From assembly GCA_016218365.1 (NCBI GenBank), contig JACREF010000019.1, positions 4,543 to 68,542 on the forward strand: a stretch of DNA of 64,000 nt, read 5' to 3'. A program made the translations under genes and the position numbers. The notes beneath the pieces were generated by a model. The model had not been told where the DNA came from, did no database searches, and saw only the letters and a list, made by a program, of their open reading frames with translations. The stretch comes from Gammaproteobacteria bacterium (GTDB lineage Bacteria; Pseudomonadota; Gammaproteobacteria; SZUA-140). Positions 30,729 through 41,157 of this stretch are shown one piece after another. Numbering within the stretch: position 1 is the first letter of the stretch; every line of letters begins with the position of its first letter.

Positions 30729-30811
30729 TGCGTACTCCAGGATGAAAAATTCTTTTGGTAATAGTTAGCCGATTCTATGCGTCAGCGGCCAATATCTCAA
30801 GCCAAGCCGCC

Positions 30812-32125
30812 TCACGCCGTGACAAAACACCCGGCCTGTTTCTCGAGAAATCCCAGCATCGACGGTGATACATTGACATCGATCAGCCAATCCCCATCCT
30901 CGTTGACCGATTCACCCACCACAATCTCCCATTCAAACAACTGAGCCCGCAACCGCCCCGCCGAGGGCAGCAATCGCAGATGCTGCAGGCTGCGGGTGGT
31001 CAGCACCGGCCGATCGTCGCCCTGTTGTGCGGCGCTGTGCAGAAAAAAGTCTGCGATGGCCTGCCTGACCAGATCCACGCCTCGACCATCACGTGCCGAG
31101 ATCCAGACCCGGCGCGGCAGGCCGCTGTCATCATATTCGATACGGGGCTCGAGTCCTTCGACCCGATCGATCTTGTTGAGCACCTCGATCTGCGGCAGGG
31201 CCTCAGCCCCGACCTCCGCCAGCACCTCATTGACCTGGGCCACACACTCATCGCGCAAGGGGTCACTGACATCGATGACATGCAGCAGCAGGTCGGCCGC
31301 AACGGTCTCCTCGAGCGTGGCACGGAAGGCCGCCACCAGGCCATGGGGCAACTGGCGGACAAACCCTACCGTGTCAGCCAGGATGACCTCACCGGCCATT
31401 GGCAACGACACCCGACGCAAGGTCGGATCCAGCGTGGCAAACAGCTGATCGGCGGCGTAGACCCCGGCACTGGTCAGCTGGTTGAACAACGTGGACTTGC
31501 CGGTATTGGTATAGCCAACCAACGACACCGTCCGCATATCCGATTTCGAACGCGACTGACGCCGCAGCTGCCGCTGCTGGCAGACCTTGTCGAGGCGCTT
31601 GCGCAAGGCCTTGATGCGCTCACCGATCAACCGGCGGTCGGTCTCAAGCTGGGTCTCACCGGGACCACGCAGGCCGATCCCGCCCTTCTGGCGCTCCAGA
31701 TGGGTCCAGCCCCGGACCAGCCGCGTCGACAGGTGGCGCAGCTGGGCCAACTCGACCTGCAGCTTCCCTTCAAAGGTATGGGCGCGCTGGGCAAAGATGT
31801 CGAGGATCAGCCCGGTACGATCCAATACCCGGCACTGGCACAACTTCTCGAGATTGCGCTCCTGGGCCGGGCTCAGCGTGTGGTCAAATATGACCAGATC
31901 CGCCGCCCCATCGACCACGGCCCGATGCAGCTCTTCAGCCTTGCCGGAACCGATGAAATATTTGGGATCAGGGGAATTGCGACTGCCGGTCAGCACCTGC
32001 AGGATCTCGGCACCCGCCGAGCTTGCCAGCAGACGAAATTCCTCCAGATCTCCGGCCCCGCCGAGGCCGCGGATATCCATGTGAACCAGTATCGCGCGGT
32101 TCCCGCTGCTGGGTCTGTCAATCAA
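30812..32125 (-). CDS. hflX: GTPase HflX
   Basis: G1 motif 'GYTNTGKSTLFNQLT', 'DTVGF' and 'NKID'. Follows hfq. Confidence 0.94.
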   Translation of the reverse strand: MIDRPSSGNRAILVHMDIRGLGGAGDLEEFRLLASSAGAEILQVLTGSRNSPDPKYFIGSGKAEELHRAVVDGAADLVIFDHTLSPAQERNLEKLCQCRVLDRTGLILDIFAQRAHTFEGKLQVELAQLRHLSTRLVRGWTHLERQKGGIGLRGPGETQLETDRRLIGERIKALRKRLDKVCQQRQLRRQSRSKSDMRTVSLVGYTNTGKSTLFNQLTSAGVYAADQLFATLDPTLRRVSLPMAGEVILADTVGFVRQLPHGLVAAFRATLEETVAADLLLHVIDVSDPLRDECVAQVNEVLAEVGAEALPQIEVLNKIDRVEGLEPRIEYDDSGLPRRVWISARDGRGVDLVRQAIADFFLHSAAQQGDDRPVLTTRSLQHLRLLPSAGRLRAQLFEWEIVVGESVNEDGDWLIDVNVSPSMLGFLEKQAGCFVTA

Positions 32126-32155
32126 GGGCTGACAAGATCATGAAACCAATAACTG

Positions 32156-32401
32156 TCAGTCTTCGTCACTGGCGGGGCCATCCTGAGTGGGTAATTTAAC
32201 ATTCCGGGCCGGGACGATGGTCGAAATGGCATGCTTGTACACCATTTGGCTGACCGAATTCTTCAGCAACACGACAAACTGATCAAATGACTCGACCTGA
32301 CCCTGCAGCTTGATGCCATTGACCAGGTAGATCGATACCGGGACATGCTCCTTGCGCAAGGCGTTCAAAAAGGGATCCTGCAAGCTCTGACCTTTTGCCA
32401 T
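32156..32401 (-). CDS. hfq: RNA chaperone Hfq
   Basis: '[42 protein letters not shown]'. Confidence 0.97.
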   Translation of the reverse strand: MAKGQSLQDPFLNALRKEHVPVSIYLVNGIKLQGQVESFDQFVVLLKNSVSQMVYKHAISTIVPARNVKLPTQDGPASDED

Positions 32402-32515
32402 TATTATTCTCCTTATCCCAAGCTTGATGTAATTATTATGTATTACAAAAACTTAAAAAACACGACAGAGCTGCGGTTCTGTACTCGACCTCACCTCCCT
32501 ATCAGGTACTGTGTT

Positions 32516-33460
32516 TTATATAGACGCTTGACCAAGGCTTTTCAATACCTTATCCGAATTATTTTCTGCCCCGGCATCGAGCTGGACCAGTCCAGCAAGC
32601 CCGCGCAACCAGGTCAACTGCCGCTTGGCGTACTGCCGGCTCGCCGTGGTCGCCAGCCTGACGGCCGTCGCCATATCACAGTCACCGGCAAAGTACCCCC
32701 ACAGCTGACGATACCCAACCGCACGTAGCGCCGGTAGACCGCTGACCAGATCACCGCGCTGATACAGTGCCGCCACCTCATCCAGCAACCCCTGCTCAAG
32801 CATGGCGGCAAATCGCTGTTCGATCCGCTGGTACAGCTGCTGCCGATCCGCCGGCCACAATACAAACTTATAGATCCGGTATGGCAGCGGCCTTGCCGTC
32901 TGCTGGCGATGCCAGTCTGACAAGGGCCTGCCCGACAGCTGATACACCTCAAGGGCACGCTGGATACGCTGCGGATCATTGGGATGGATGCGGCCTGCCG
33001 CCTCGGCATCGACCTCGGCCAGACGGGCATGCAAGGCTGGCCAGCCTGACACGGACGCCTCGTCCTCAAGTTGCCGCCTGATCTCCGGGTCCGCAGCGGG
33101 CAGCGACGACAAGCCCTGCTCCAGCGCCCGAAAATACAGCCCGGTACCACCGACCAGCAACGGGATACGGCCGGCCGCGGTGATCTTGGCCATGTGGGCC
33201 AGGGCGTCGGTGCGAAAATCTGCGGCAGAATAGCCCTGCGCAGGGTCGCGGATATCAATCAAACGGTGTGGCGCCTGGGCCAGCACCTCCGGACCCGGTT
33301 TTGCGGTACCGATATCGAGGCCGCGGTAGACCATCGCCGAATCGACACTGACGATGTCGCAGGGCAGGCGTTGCACCAGCTCCACAGCCAGCGCGGTCTT
33401 GCCTGAGGCCGTTGGCCCCATCAGGAATATAACCGGAGGTATGATGTCGACGGCAGCCAC
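32516..33460 (-). CDS. miaA: tRNA dimethylallyltransferase MiaA
   Basis: P-loop 'GPTASGKT'. Likely GTG start at 33460 preceded by GAGGGGG. The ATG at 33562 would overlap the upstream gene by 53 nt. Confidence 0.9.
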   Translation of the reverse strand: MAAVDIIPPVIFLMGPTASGKTALAVELVQRLPCDIVSVDSAMVYRGLDIGTAKPGPEVLAQAPHRLIDIRDPAQGYSAADFRTDALAHMAKITAAGRIPLLVGGTGLYFRALEQGLSSLPAADPEIRRQLEDEASVSGWPALHARLAEVDAEAAGRIHPNDPQRIQRALEVYQLSGRPLSDWHRQQTARPLPYRIYKFVLWPADRQQLYQRIEQRFAAMLEQGLLDEVAALYQRGDLVSGLPALRAVGYRQLWGYFAGDCDMATAVRLATTASRQYAKRQLTWLRGLAGLVQLDAGAENNSDKVLKSLGQASI

Positions 33461-33509
33461 CCGCCCCCTCAAGGAGTTTGCGCACAAGGGATGCCTCCTG
33501 CTAGCCGCG

Positions 33510-36410
33510 CTAGTAAATATATACAGCACCCGCAGACGGCGCAGTATTATCCAGCCTGCCATCGGGCGTCATCGGATCGATCCCGGTCGCAACGCTGTCT
33601 TCAAGATAGGCCCCTGCCGCCAGGGTATTCCCATCATCGCTCAACGCTACCGCGTAGCCAAAGGAATCATCCTTATCACTATTCGATGATTTCAGGTAGG
33701 ACGCTTGTTCCCACGTAGCACCCGTCCACGAAAACAGATATACGGCGCCAGAGCCAAGCACACAATTCACCTCGACTCCGGGAGCACAGTTATAAATCTG
33801 ATCACCATCCAAGCCGCGTGTCGCCCCGGACTCACCAGGCGATCCGATCACAAGTTGAGCGCCATCGATACGGAGTTGCAGTGAAGAACCAAACCGAGCA
33901 CCGGCGGCGGCATTAGATGGCTTGATGTAGAAGTTCTGACTCCAGCCGCCCCCGGTACGCTCAAAAATATAGACTGCCCCGGAACTGCTCGCACAATTTA
34001 CAGGCGTCGCCTGATTGCAATCACTGATCTGATTGCCATCCACCACCGTTGCGGCACTGTCTTCAAAATCTGCACCAACTGCCAAACGATCCCCAGCCCC
34101 ACTCAAACTCAGACTATCGCCAAAGTAATCTCCGGCCGAGGCATTCGTTGACTTTATATAGGCCTGCTGGTTCCAGCTACCTGAAATATTGACAAATACA
34201 TAGACCGCGCCGGAATTGCTGACACAGGCAACAGGGGCCAAGGCCTTGCAATCATTGACCTCTGACACATTGATCCCTTGAGACGGACCGGATTCATTCG
34301 GCGCTGCGACGGCCAGCGTCAAGCCATCGACGCCACTCAGCGCGACCCGATTACCAAAACGCATGGAATCTGTCACATTGGATGCCTTCAAGTAGCCCTG
34401 CTGGCTCCAGACCGCCGAGACGTCCCTGGCAAACACATAGACGGCGCCTGCAAATGGAGCATAGTTATTAGTTTGATCTGCAACATCCCCGCTGGCCTCA
34501 CCCGGCGCACCAACAGCAAGAATCCCCCCATCGACACTCAGTGCAATACTGTAACCGAACCGATCTTCTGCCCCGGTGTTCGAGGCCTTGATATAGGCCT
34601 GCTGTGTCCAGACTGTGCCATCCGAGACAAAGACATAGACTGCCCCGGAGTTCAGCGAACAGTTCACACCACTGGTGGTACAATCACCACCTTGCGCTCC
34701 ATTGATACCCATGGCCGCACTATCTTCAAGATATGCGCCCACGGCCAACGTCCTGCCATCCGCGCTCAGCGCCAACGCCTCACCAAACCAGTCGGCCGTC
34801 CCGGTGTTTGACGCCTTGAGATAGGCCTGCTGCGCCCAGGTCACACCAGATTTTTTATAGACATAAACAGCACCGGAATCAGGCGCGCAGTTCACCGGCG
34901 AAGCAAGGGCACAATCATCGTCCTCAGCGCCATTAATACCGACCGCCGCGCTGCTTTCCCCGCGAGCACCTACCGCGATGGTCTGGCCATCACCACTGAC
35001 CACAACCCGCAACCCAAATCGATCCATCGTGCCAGCATTGGAGGCCTTCACATAACCGATTACATCCAGCATCAACGGCGCAATTGGCGCAGGGTCCGAG
35101 ATAGAGATCGGCGTTCCCATCACATCCAGCGCCTGCATATAATAACTTGCCTTCAACCAGTTAACCTTATATGTGACCGGTATCGTCACACTATAGCCCA
35201 AGGAGGCAACAGGGATATTGCCGTCAACTGTCACCGGCAAGGAACCATCTCCCTTGTCAAAATAGAGACCGTAATGGTCTGCGCCCGCATACGCTGCCCA
35301 GCTGAAATCAAGTTTTTTCATTCCGCCGTCAGCAATTGCGAACTCAAACAGATCAGTAACCGTCACTGTCACTGTCTGAGTCGCCGGATTGCGCCCATCT
35401 GTCGCAGTAACAATCACCTCATAAACATTCGGAGAAGTCGACACGCTGGCATTGATCGGATTCTCATAATCAGGCTTTGCGATAAAACTCAGCTCACCGG
35501 TTGCACGATTAATCTTGAACAGGGCCTGATCTGCACCCCCCGTCAACGAATATGACACGCTATCCCACGCCTCGGCGTCAACATCCGTGGCCGTGACCGC
35601 ACCAATCTCTATGTGGTTCTCAGAGACCAGAAAATTATTCGTTCCTGACGCAAATAATGGCGCAGTTTCACTGACATCTACAACTGACAAAGTAATGGCC
35701 TTATGAACAGTATTTACACCGTCGGAAACCGATACCTCAAGCTCATAAACATTGTTTTGGTCAAAGTCGATCGGCGCTTCATAATCAGGAAAGAAATTAA
35801 GTATGATCCGGCCATTATGAGTATCGATAGAAAATAGCTGGCCATTTATTCCGAAAAGATCAGTACCGGAAAGGGTGAAGGCCAAAGGTGCATGCTCCGG
35901 ATCACTTGCTGCAACAAGAACAATTCGCATGATCTGCGGATTGGTAGAATTCAACTCCTCATAGGAAAAGTTTGCAGGCGCCGTTATTACCGGAGGAAGA
36001 TTAGGAATCTTTTGAACCGTTACCGCGATATCCAGGTGCACGACTATCTTGCCATCAGACACCCCTATATTTACCAGATAAACATTATCGTGGTTAATAT
36101 CAGCCGGATTGTCGTAATCATGCGCAACCCGAAAATCAAGCTGGCCGGTATCTTGATTCAAGGTAAAATGAGACGCGTCCTCTCCCCCGGTAATCCCGTA
36201 GTACACCACGTCACCGTCGGGATCGATAGCTTCGACCTTCATGATGGTTGTGGACTTCTCCTTGATCGAGATAGTGCCCGGTGACGTGAATTGCGGTGGA
36301 TGGTTCCCCAGATTTGCAACATTAACGGATGCAACATCACAGCCTCCGACCAGGGTCACAACTGCCACTATCAGCCACAGAAAGGATCTTTTTCTCAATG
36401 CAGTAATCAT
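33510..36410 (-). CDS. Large lipoprotein: 3 cadherin-like repeats, an Ig/Fn3-like spacer and a 7-repeat FG-GAP-type beta-propeller
   Basis: Lipobox 'LVGGC' followed by D. Cadherin-type 'DPDGD...Y.ItGG.D...F.i....G.l......DYE'. Seven repeats of 'Y[IL]K[AS]SN....D.FG..[LV]ALS.DG.TLAVGA..E'. Confidence 0.8.
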   Translation of the reverse strand: MITALRKRSFLWLIVAVVTLVGGCDVASVNVANLGNHPPQFTSPGTISIKEKSTTIMKVEAIDPDGDVVYYGITGGEDASHFTLNQDTGQLDFRVAHDYDNPADINHDNVYLVNIGVSDGKIVVHLDIAVTVQKIPNLPPVITAPANFSYEELNSTNPQIMRIVLVAASDPEHAPLAFTLSGTDLFGINGQLFSIDTHNGRIILNFFPDYEAPIDFDQNNVYELEVSVSDGVNTVHKAITLSVVDVSETAPLFASGTNNFLVSENHIEIGAVTATDVDAEAWDSVSYSLTGGADQALFKINRATGELSFIAKPDYENPINASVSTSPNVYEVIVTATDGRNPATQTVTVTVTDLFEFAIADGGMKKLDFSWAAYAGADHYGLYFDKGDGSLPVTVDGNIPVASLGYSVTIPVTYKVNWLKASYYMQALDVMGTPISISDPAPIAPLMLDVIGYVKASNAGTMDRFGLRVVVSGDGQTIAVGARGESSAAVGINGAEDDDCALASPVNCAPDSGAVYVYKKSGVTWAQQAYLKASNTGTADWFGEALALSADGRTLAVGAYLEDSAAMGINGAQGGDCTTSGVNCSLNSGAVYVFVSDGTVWTQQAYIKASNTGAEDRFGYSIALSVDGGILAVGAPGEASGDVADQTNNYAPFAGAVYVFARDVSAVWSQQGYLKASNVTDSMRFGNRVALSGVDGLTLAVAAPNESGPSQGINVSEVNDCKALAPVACVSNSGAVYVFVNISGSWNQQAYIKSTNASAGDYFGDSLSLSGAGDRLAVGADFEDSAATVVDGNQISDCNQATPVNCASSSGAVYIFERTGGGWSQNFYIKPSNAAAGARFGSSLQLRIDGAQLVIGSPGESGATRGLDGDQIYNCAPGVEVNCVLGSGAVYLFSWTGATWEQASYLKSSNSDKDDSFGYAVALSDDGNTLAAGAYLEDSVATGIDPMTPDGRLDNTAPSAGAVYIY

Positions 36411-36682
36411 CTGTATTTTGTTATATTTCTTTAATTATCAAGTATATATGGAAATTATCAAGGCCAGAATGATTCGATACAAATAGCGTTTCATTTTAAC
36501 ATAGGAGTCACCACCCTCCTATTGGACAGAGCTGATACAGATTAATTCCCGATTATCTGAATCATCTGTTAAAGAGAAGTGGCGGCTGAACACGACACTA
36601 TCTGGCACTAATGAATCGTTCTGTTCTCAGTACATCCCTTGCGCTATAGTCTATCAAACCGCACTACCGGAAGACCGGCAGG

Positions 36683-37837
36683 ATGACCCGTAAACATCTA
36701 CTCTTGACCGTTGCTACCCTCGCCTTCGCGAGTGCGGCACTGGTCGCGTATCTATCGACAAACCGTGAACAACCGACCGTCACCATAACCACGGTCGTCC
36801 CCGGCACGGTTGACTCCACCATCACCAACACCCGTGCCGGCACCGTCAAGGCCTGCCGCCGCGCCCATCTGTCACCATCGGGCAGTGGCCACATCGCCAG
36901 GATACCGATCCACAAGGGCATGATGGTCAAGCAGGACCAGATCCTGATGGAGTTATGGAATGATGACGTAACCAGCCAGGTCAAGCTGGCGACGAACGAG
37001 GTCGCAACAACACAGGCACAGCGCAAACAGGCCTGCCTGCTTGCCGACAATGCCGAAACCGAATCTACACGTCAACAGACCCTCAGCACCAGCGGCCTGA
37101 CCTCCAGGGAGGCCGCCGACCGTGCGCTGACCAATGCCCGGTCATTGCGCGCGCAGTGTCGCGCCACCGAGTCCCAGTACCAGGTCAGCCGCGCGCGACT
37201 CGATGTCGCACAGGCGCAGCTGGAACGAACGCTGCTGCGCGCGCCATTTGCCGGTACCGTCGCCGACATCCACGGCGAGGTCGGCGAATTCGTCGCCCCA
37301 ACACCCAGCAGCACCCCGACTGCGGCGGTCGATCTGATCGATGACAGCTGTTTATACATCTCAGCACCGATCGACGAGGTCGACAGCCCGCAGATCAGAC
37401 CCGGCATGGATGCCCGGATCTCGCTTGATGCCTTCCCCGGTCAGACCTTCCCCGCCATCGTGCAGCAGATATCATCGTATGTGTCCGAGGCCGAGAGCCA
37501 GGCGCGTACCGTCGAGGTGGAGCTGGTGTTCGCCGACCCGGCAGATTTCCGCAGCCTGCGCCCGGGCTACAGCGCTGATGCCGAGGTCATCCTCGACAGC
37601 CATCACAATGTGTTGCGTATCCCGACCGAGGCCCTGCTCGAGGGCAACAAGGTGCTGATGTACCGTGACCGCGACGGCCTGCTCAGTGAGCGCCTGCTCA
37701 CCATCGGCCTGACCAACTGGAGATACACCGAGGTGCTCAGCGGGCTGAAGGCCGGAGAGAAGATCGTGACCTCGGTCGGCCGCGAGGGGATCAAGGCCGG
37801 CATCCGAGCCCGCGCGGAAAATCCCGCTATACCATGA
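36683..37837 (+). CDS. Periplasmic adaptor (HlyD/MacA-type membrane fusion protein)
   Basis: N-terminal TM segment, coiled-coil hairpin region and barrel-sandwich motifs. Precedes the ABC genes with an ATGA overlap. Confidence 0.85.
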   Translation: MTRKHLLLTVATLAFASAALVAYLSTNREQPTVTITTVVPGTVDSTITNTRAGTVKACRRAHLSPSGSGHIARIPIHKGMMVKQDQILMELWNDDVTSQVKLATNEVATTQAQRKQACLLADNAETESTRQQTLSTSGLTSREAADRALTNARSLRAQCRATESQYQVSRARLDVAQAQLERTLLRAPFAGTVADIHGEVGEFVAPTPSSTPTAAVDLIDDSCLYISAPIDEVDSPQIRPGMDARISLDAFPGQTFPAIVQQISSYVSEAESQARTVEVELVFADPADFRSLRPGYSADAEVILDSHHNVLRIPTEALLEGNKVLMYRDRDGLLSERLLTIGLTNWRYTEVLSGLKAGEKIVTSVGREGIKAGIRARAENPAIP

Positions 37838-38520
37838 TCCGCCTGACCAACGTCGAACGCATCTTCCAGGTCGGTGAGCAACCGGTGCATGCACTGGATC
37901 ACATCAACCTGACCGTCAATGCCGGCGAGTACCTGTCGATCATGGGGCCCTCTGGCTCAGGCAAATCAACCTTGCTGAACATCCTCGGCATGCTCGACCG
38001 GCCAAACTCCGGGCACTACCGGTTGCTGGGCAGGGATACCACCGAGCTCAACGACGCCGAGCAGGCGGCGCTGCGCCGCAACACCATCGGCTTTGTGTTC
38101 CAGTCATTTCATCTGGTGCCGCGACTGACGGCGGCACAGAACATCGAGCTGCCGCTGGTGCTGGCTGGCATCGATATCGAAGAGCGCACGGCCCGGGTCG
38201 CCGCGATCCTGAAGAGCACCGATCTGTCCACGCGCTCCCACCACCGTCCCGATCAGCTGTCCGGCGGCCAGCGCCAGCGCGTTGCGATCGCCCGCGCAAC
38301 CATCATGCACCCGGCGCTGCTGCTGACCGACGAACCGACCGGCAATCTCGATCGCAGCTCAGGCAACGAGATCATTGCCATCCTTGAACAGCTGAATTCT
38401 CAAGGCATCACGCTGATCATCGTCACCCATGATCAGGAGATCGGTCAGCGCGCACAACGCCAGCTGCGTATGGTCGATGGCCGGATCGTGGCCGATCAAG
38501 CGCGCAGCCCCCGGCCATGA
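37834..38520 (+). CDS. ABC transporter ATP-binding protein (MacB/LolD-type)
   Basis: Walker A 'GPSGSGKST', signature 'LSGGQRQR' and Walker B '[12 protein letters not shown]'. Confidence 0.93.
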   Translation: MIRLTNVERIFQVGEQPVHALDHINLTVNAGEYLSIMGPSGSGKSTLLNILGMLDRPNSGHYRLLGRDTTELNDAEQAALRRNTIGFVFQSFHLVPRLTAAQNIELPLVLAGIDIEERTARVAAILKSTDLSTRSHHRPDQLSGGQRQRVAIARATIMHPALLLTDEPTGNLDRSSGNEIIAILEQLNSQGITLIIVTHDQEIGQRAQRQLRMVDGRIVADQARSPRP

Positions 38521-39725
38521 CCGGTCGCGACATCCTGCGCTTTTCGTTCGACGCCCTGGGCGGATACCGGTTGCGCACCTCGCTGATGCTGCTGGCGATG
38601 GCGATCGGCGTCGCCGCCGTGGTGATCCTGACCGCGCTCGGCGAAGGGGCGCGGCGCTATGTCAGCAACGAGTTCACATCACTGGGCACCCATCTGCTGA
38701 TCGTGTTACCCGGCCGCTCCGAGACCGCCGGCGGCGGCCTCAACGTGCTGGTCGGCAGCACGGTCCGTGACCTGACACTGGATGATGCGCTCGCCATCAC
38801 GCGCCATAGCGCGGTACGGCGTATCGCCCCGCTGGTCGTCGGCTCGGCCACGGTCTCGATCGGCCATCGCGAACGCGAGATCGCCGTCCTCGGCTCCAGC
38901 GCTGCGTTGCAGCCGCTGCGCCAGTGGACACTGCAGAACGGTCGTTTCCTGCCCGATGGCGAACTCGATCAGGCCCGGCCGGTCGCAGTGCTGGGCGGCA
39001 AGGCGGCACGCGAACTGTTTCCCTCCGCGTCACCGATCGGCCAGTGGCTGCGGATCGGTGACCGGCGTTTTCACGTCATCGGCGTGCTGGCCGCCGAGGG
39101 ACGCTCGATGGGCATGGATGCCGAGGATGTCGTTATCATCCCGGTGGCCGCGGCACAGGCGCTGTTCAACAGCAACACGCTGTTCCGCATCATGGTCGAG
39201 GTCAACACCCGCGAGCAGATGCCGGCCGTCGACCAGTTCATATTGAAAACCATCAGTGAACGCCACCAGGGTGAACGCGACATCACCGTCATCACCCAGG
39301 ATGCGGTGCTGGCAACCTTTGATCGCATCTTTACCGCGCTGACGCTGACGCTGGCCGGCATCGCCGCAATCAGCCTCGCCGTGGCCGGCGTGCTGATCAT
39401 GAACGTCATGCTGATCTCGGTGACACACCGCACCGCCGAGATCGGGCTGCTGAAGGCGATTGGCGCCTCGTCCCGGCAGGTCATGATCCTGTTCATCACC
39501 GAGGCGACGCTGCTGTCGGCCTTCGGCGCCACCCTTGGCCTGATTACCGGCTGGCTCGGCAGCGCGCTGATCCGCGCGCTCTATCCGCAACTGCCGGCCA
39601 GCGCCCCGTGGTGGGCCATCATCGCCTCGGTGCTGATTGCGCTCGCCAGCGGCATCATCTTTGGTTTAATGCCGGCGCGGCGCGCCGCGCGCCTCGATCC
39701 GGTGCTGGCCTTGTCGCGACGGTGA
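38517..39725 (+). CDS. ABC transporter permease, MacB-PCD plus FtsX domain (permease 1)
   Basis: About 400 aa. TM1, a large periplasmic domain and three C-terminal TMs with FtsX-type 'EIGLLKAIGAS'. Confidence 0.88.
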   Translation: MTGRDILRFSFDALGGYRLRTSLMLLAMAIGVAAVVILTALGEGARRYVSNEFTSLGTHLLIVLPGRSETAGGGLNVLVGSTVRDLTLDDALAITRHSAVRRIAPLVVGSATVSIGHREREIAVLGSSAALQPLRQWTLQNGRFLPDGELDQARPVAVLGGKAARELFPSASPIGQWLRIGDRRFHVIGVLAAEGRSMGMDAEDVVIIPVAAAQALFNSNTLFRIMVEVNTREQMPAVDQFILKTISERHQGERDITVITQDAVLATFDRIFTALTLTLAGIAAISLAVAGVLIMNVMLISVTHRTAEIGLLKAIGASSRQVMILFITEATLLSAFGATLGLITGWLGSALIRALYPQLPASAPWWAIIASVLIALASGIIFGLMPARRAARLDPVLALSRR

Positions 39726-39731
39726 GCTGAC

Positions 39732-40931
39732 ATGAACCTTACTGATCTGATGCGTCTGACCCTCGGCAGCCTGGTGGCCTACCGGTTGCGCAGCCTGCTG
39801 ACGGCGCTCGGCATTGCCATCGGCATCGCCGCCGTAGCACTGTTGACCGCGATCGGTGAAGGCATCCATCAGTTCGTCGTCGCGGAGTTCAGCCAGTTCG
39901 GCACCAACCTGATCGCGATCAATCCCGGCAAGACCACGACCCATGGCGCATCGATCGGTGTGTTCGGCAGTGACCGTCCGCTGTCGATCGACGATGCCGA
40001 GGCGCTACGCCGCATCCCGCAGGTCATCGCCGTGGTACCGGCGCTGCAGGGCAACGCCGAGGTCGCCACCCCACAACGCCGCCGCCGCACCACCGTCTAC
40101 GGCATGGGCCCGGACATGCCGCAGGCCTTTAAGATCAAGGTCGCCAGCGGCCAGTTCCTGCCACCCGATAACCCGACCGCGCCACGTGCGCTGGCGGTGC
40201 TCGGCGCCCGCCTGCAACAGGAGCTGTTCGGCGAGACCAACCCGCTGGGTCAGCTGATCCGCATCGGCGACGAACGCTACCGCATCGTCGGCACATTGGA
40301 ACACAAGGGGCAGGTACTCGGTATCGATCTTGACGACTCAATCCATATCCCGGCGGCACGGGCGATGCAGATGTTCAATCGCGCTGGGCTGATGGAGATC
40401 GACGTCGTCTACCGTGAACAGGCCAACGTCGACACGATCGTGGCGTCGATCAAACGCATCCTGACCGCGCGCCACGGCCGTGATGACGTGACGATCACCA
40501 CGCAGCAGGAAATGCTGGAAACACTGAGTTCGATCCTCGATATCCTGACCTTCGCCGTCGCAGCCTTGGGCGGGATCTCGTTAGTCGTCGGTGCGGTCGG
40601 CATCACGACGATCATGACCATCGCCATCACCGAACGCACCTCGGAGATCGGCCTGCTGCGCGCGCTCGGCGCGACACGGCGCCAGATCCTGGCGCTGTTT
40701 CTCAGTGAGGCCGTACTGCTGGCGGCTGCCGGCGGGCTGGCCGGCCTGATCATCGGTATCGGCGGGGCGTATCTGCTGTCATGGGCGATCCCGATGCTGC
40801 CGGTACACCCGCAGGCCAGCTATATCATGCTGGCCGAGGGGTTGGCGATCATCATCGGCTTGGTGGCCGGGGTCGTGCCAGCATTACGCGCCGCGCACAA
40901 GGACCCCGTTGAGGCATTACAGACGGAATGA
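39732..40931 (+). CDS. ABC transporter permease, MacB-PCD plus FtsX domain (permease 2)
   Basis: Paralogue of the preceding gene, with 'EIGLLRALGAT'. Confidence 0.88.
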   Translation: MNLTDLMRLTLGSLVAYRLRSLLTALGIAIGIAAVALLTAIGEGIHQFVVAEFSQFGTNLIAINPGKTTTHGASIGVFGSDRPLSIDDAEALRRIPQVIAVVPALQGNAEVATPQRRRRTTVYGMGPDMPQAFKIKVASGQFLPPDNPTAPRALAVLGARLQQELFGETNPLGQLIRIGDERYRIVGTLEHKGQVLGIDLDDSIHIPAARAMQMFNRAGLMEIDVVYREQANVDTIVASIKRILTARHGRDDVTITTQQEMLETLSSILDILTFAVAALGGISLVVGAVGITTIMTIAITERTSEIGLLRALGATRRQILALFLSEAVLLAAAGGLAGLIIGIGGAYLLSWAIPMLPVHPQASYIMLAEGLAIIIGLVAGVVPALRAAHKDPVEALQTE

Positions 40932-41001
40932 CGGAACTTTCGATGCATTCTAACATTTACACAGAAGTCATTTCGGGCGCAGACGTCATCTGTCTCCCCG
41001 C

Positions 41002-41034
41002 ATTCCGGGCGTAGCGTCAGCTGCGACCCGGAAT
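41002..41034. repeat. Palindromic repeat ATTCCGGG-N17-CCCGGAAT followed by CCAG, related to the core of the 59.5-kb MITE; possible bidirectional terminator
   Basis: 8-bp perfect stem between convergent genes. Resembles CATTCCCGCGAAAGCGGGAATCCAG at 59541-59565. Confidence 0.5.
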
Positions 41035-41157
41035 CCAGTTTTCTTTACTCAGGGAGCCTGCCAACCGCATGTCGCAACCGTGCTCGACATGGATGCCCGG
41101 CCGATGCGCGACTGACAACCATCAGAACCTTCTTAGAAACAGCTCAGTCGCTGCGAA

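Noticed and set aside
33461-33562. N-terminal 34-aa extension of MiaA from the ATG at 33562.
   Set aside because: It would overlap the upstream lipoprotein gene by 53 nt and adds a non-conserved, Arg-rich peptide before the P-loop. A GTG with a GAGGGGG RBS at 33460 gives the normal MiaA N-terminus.
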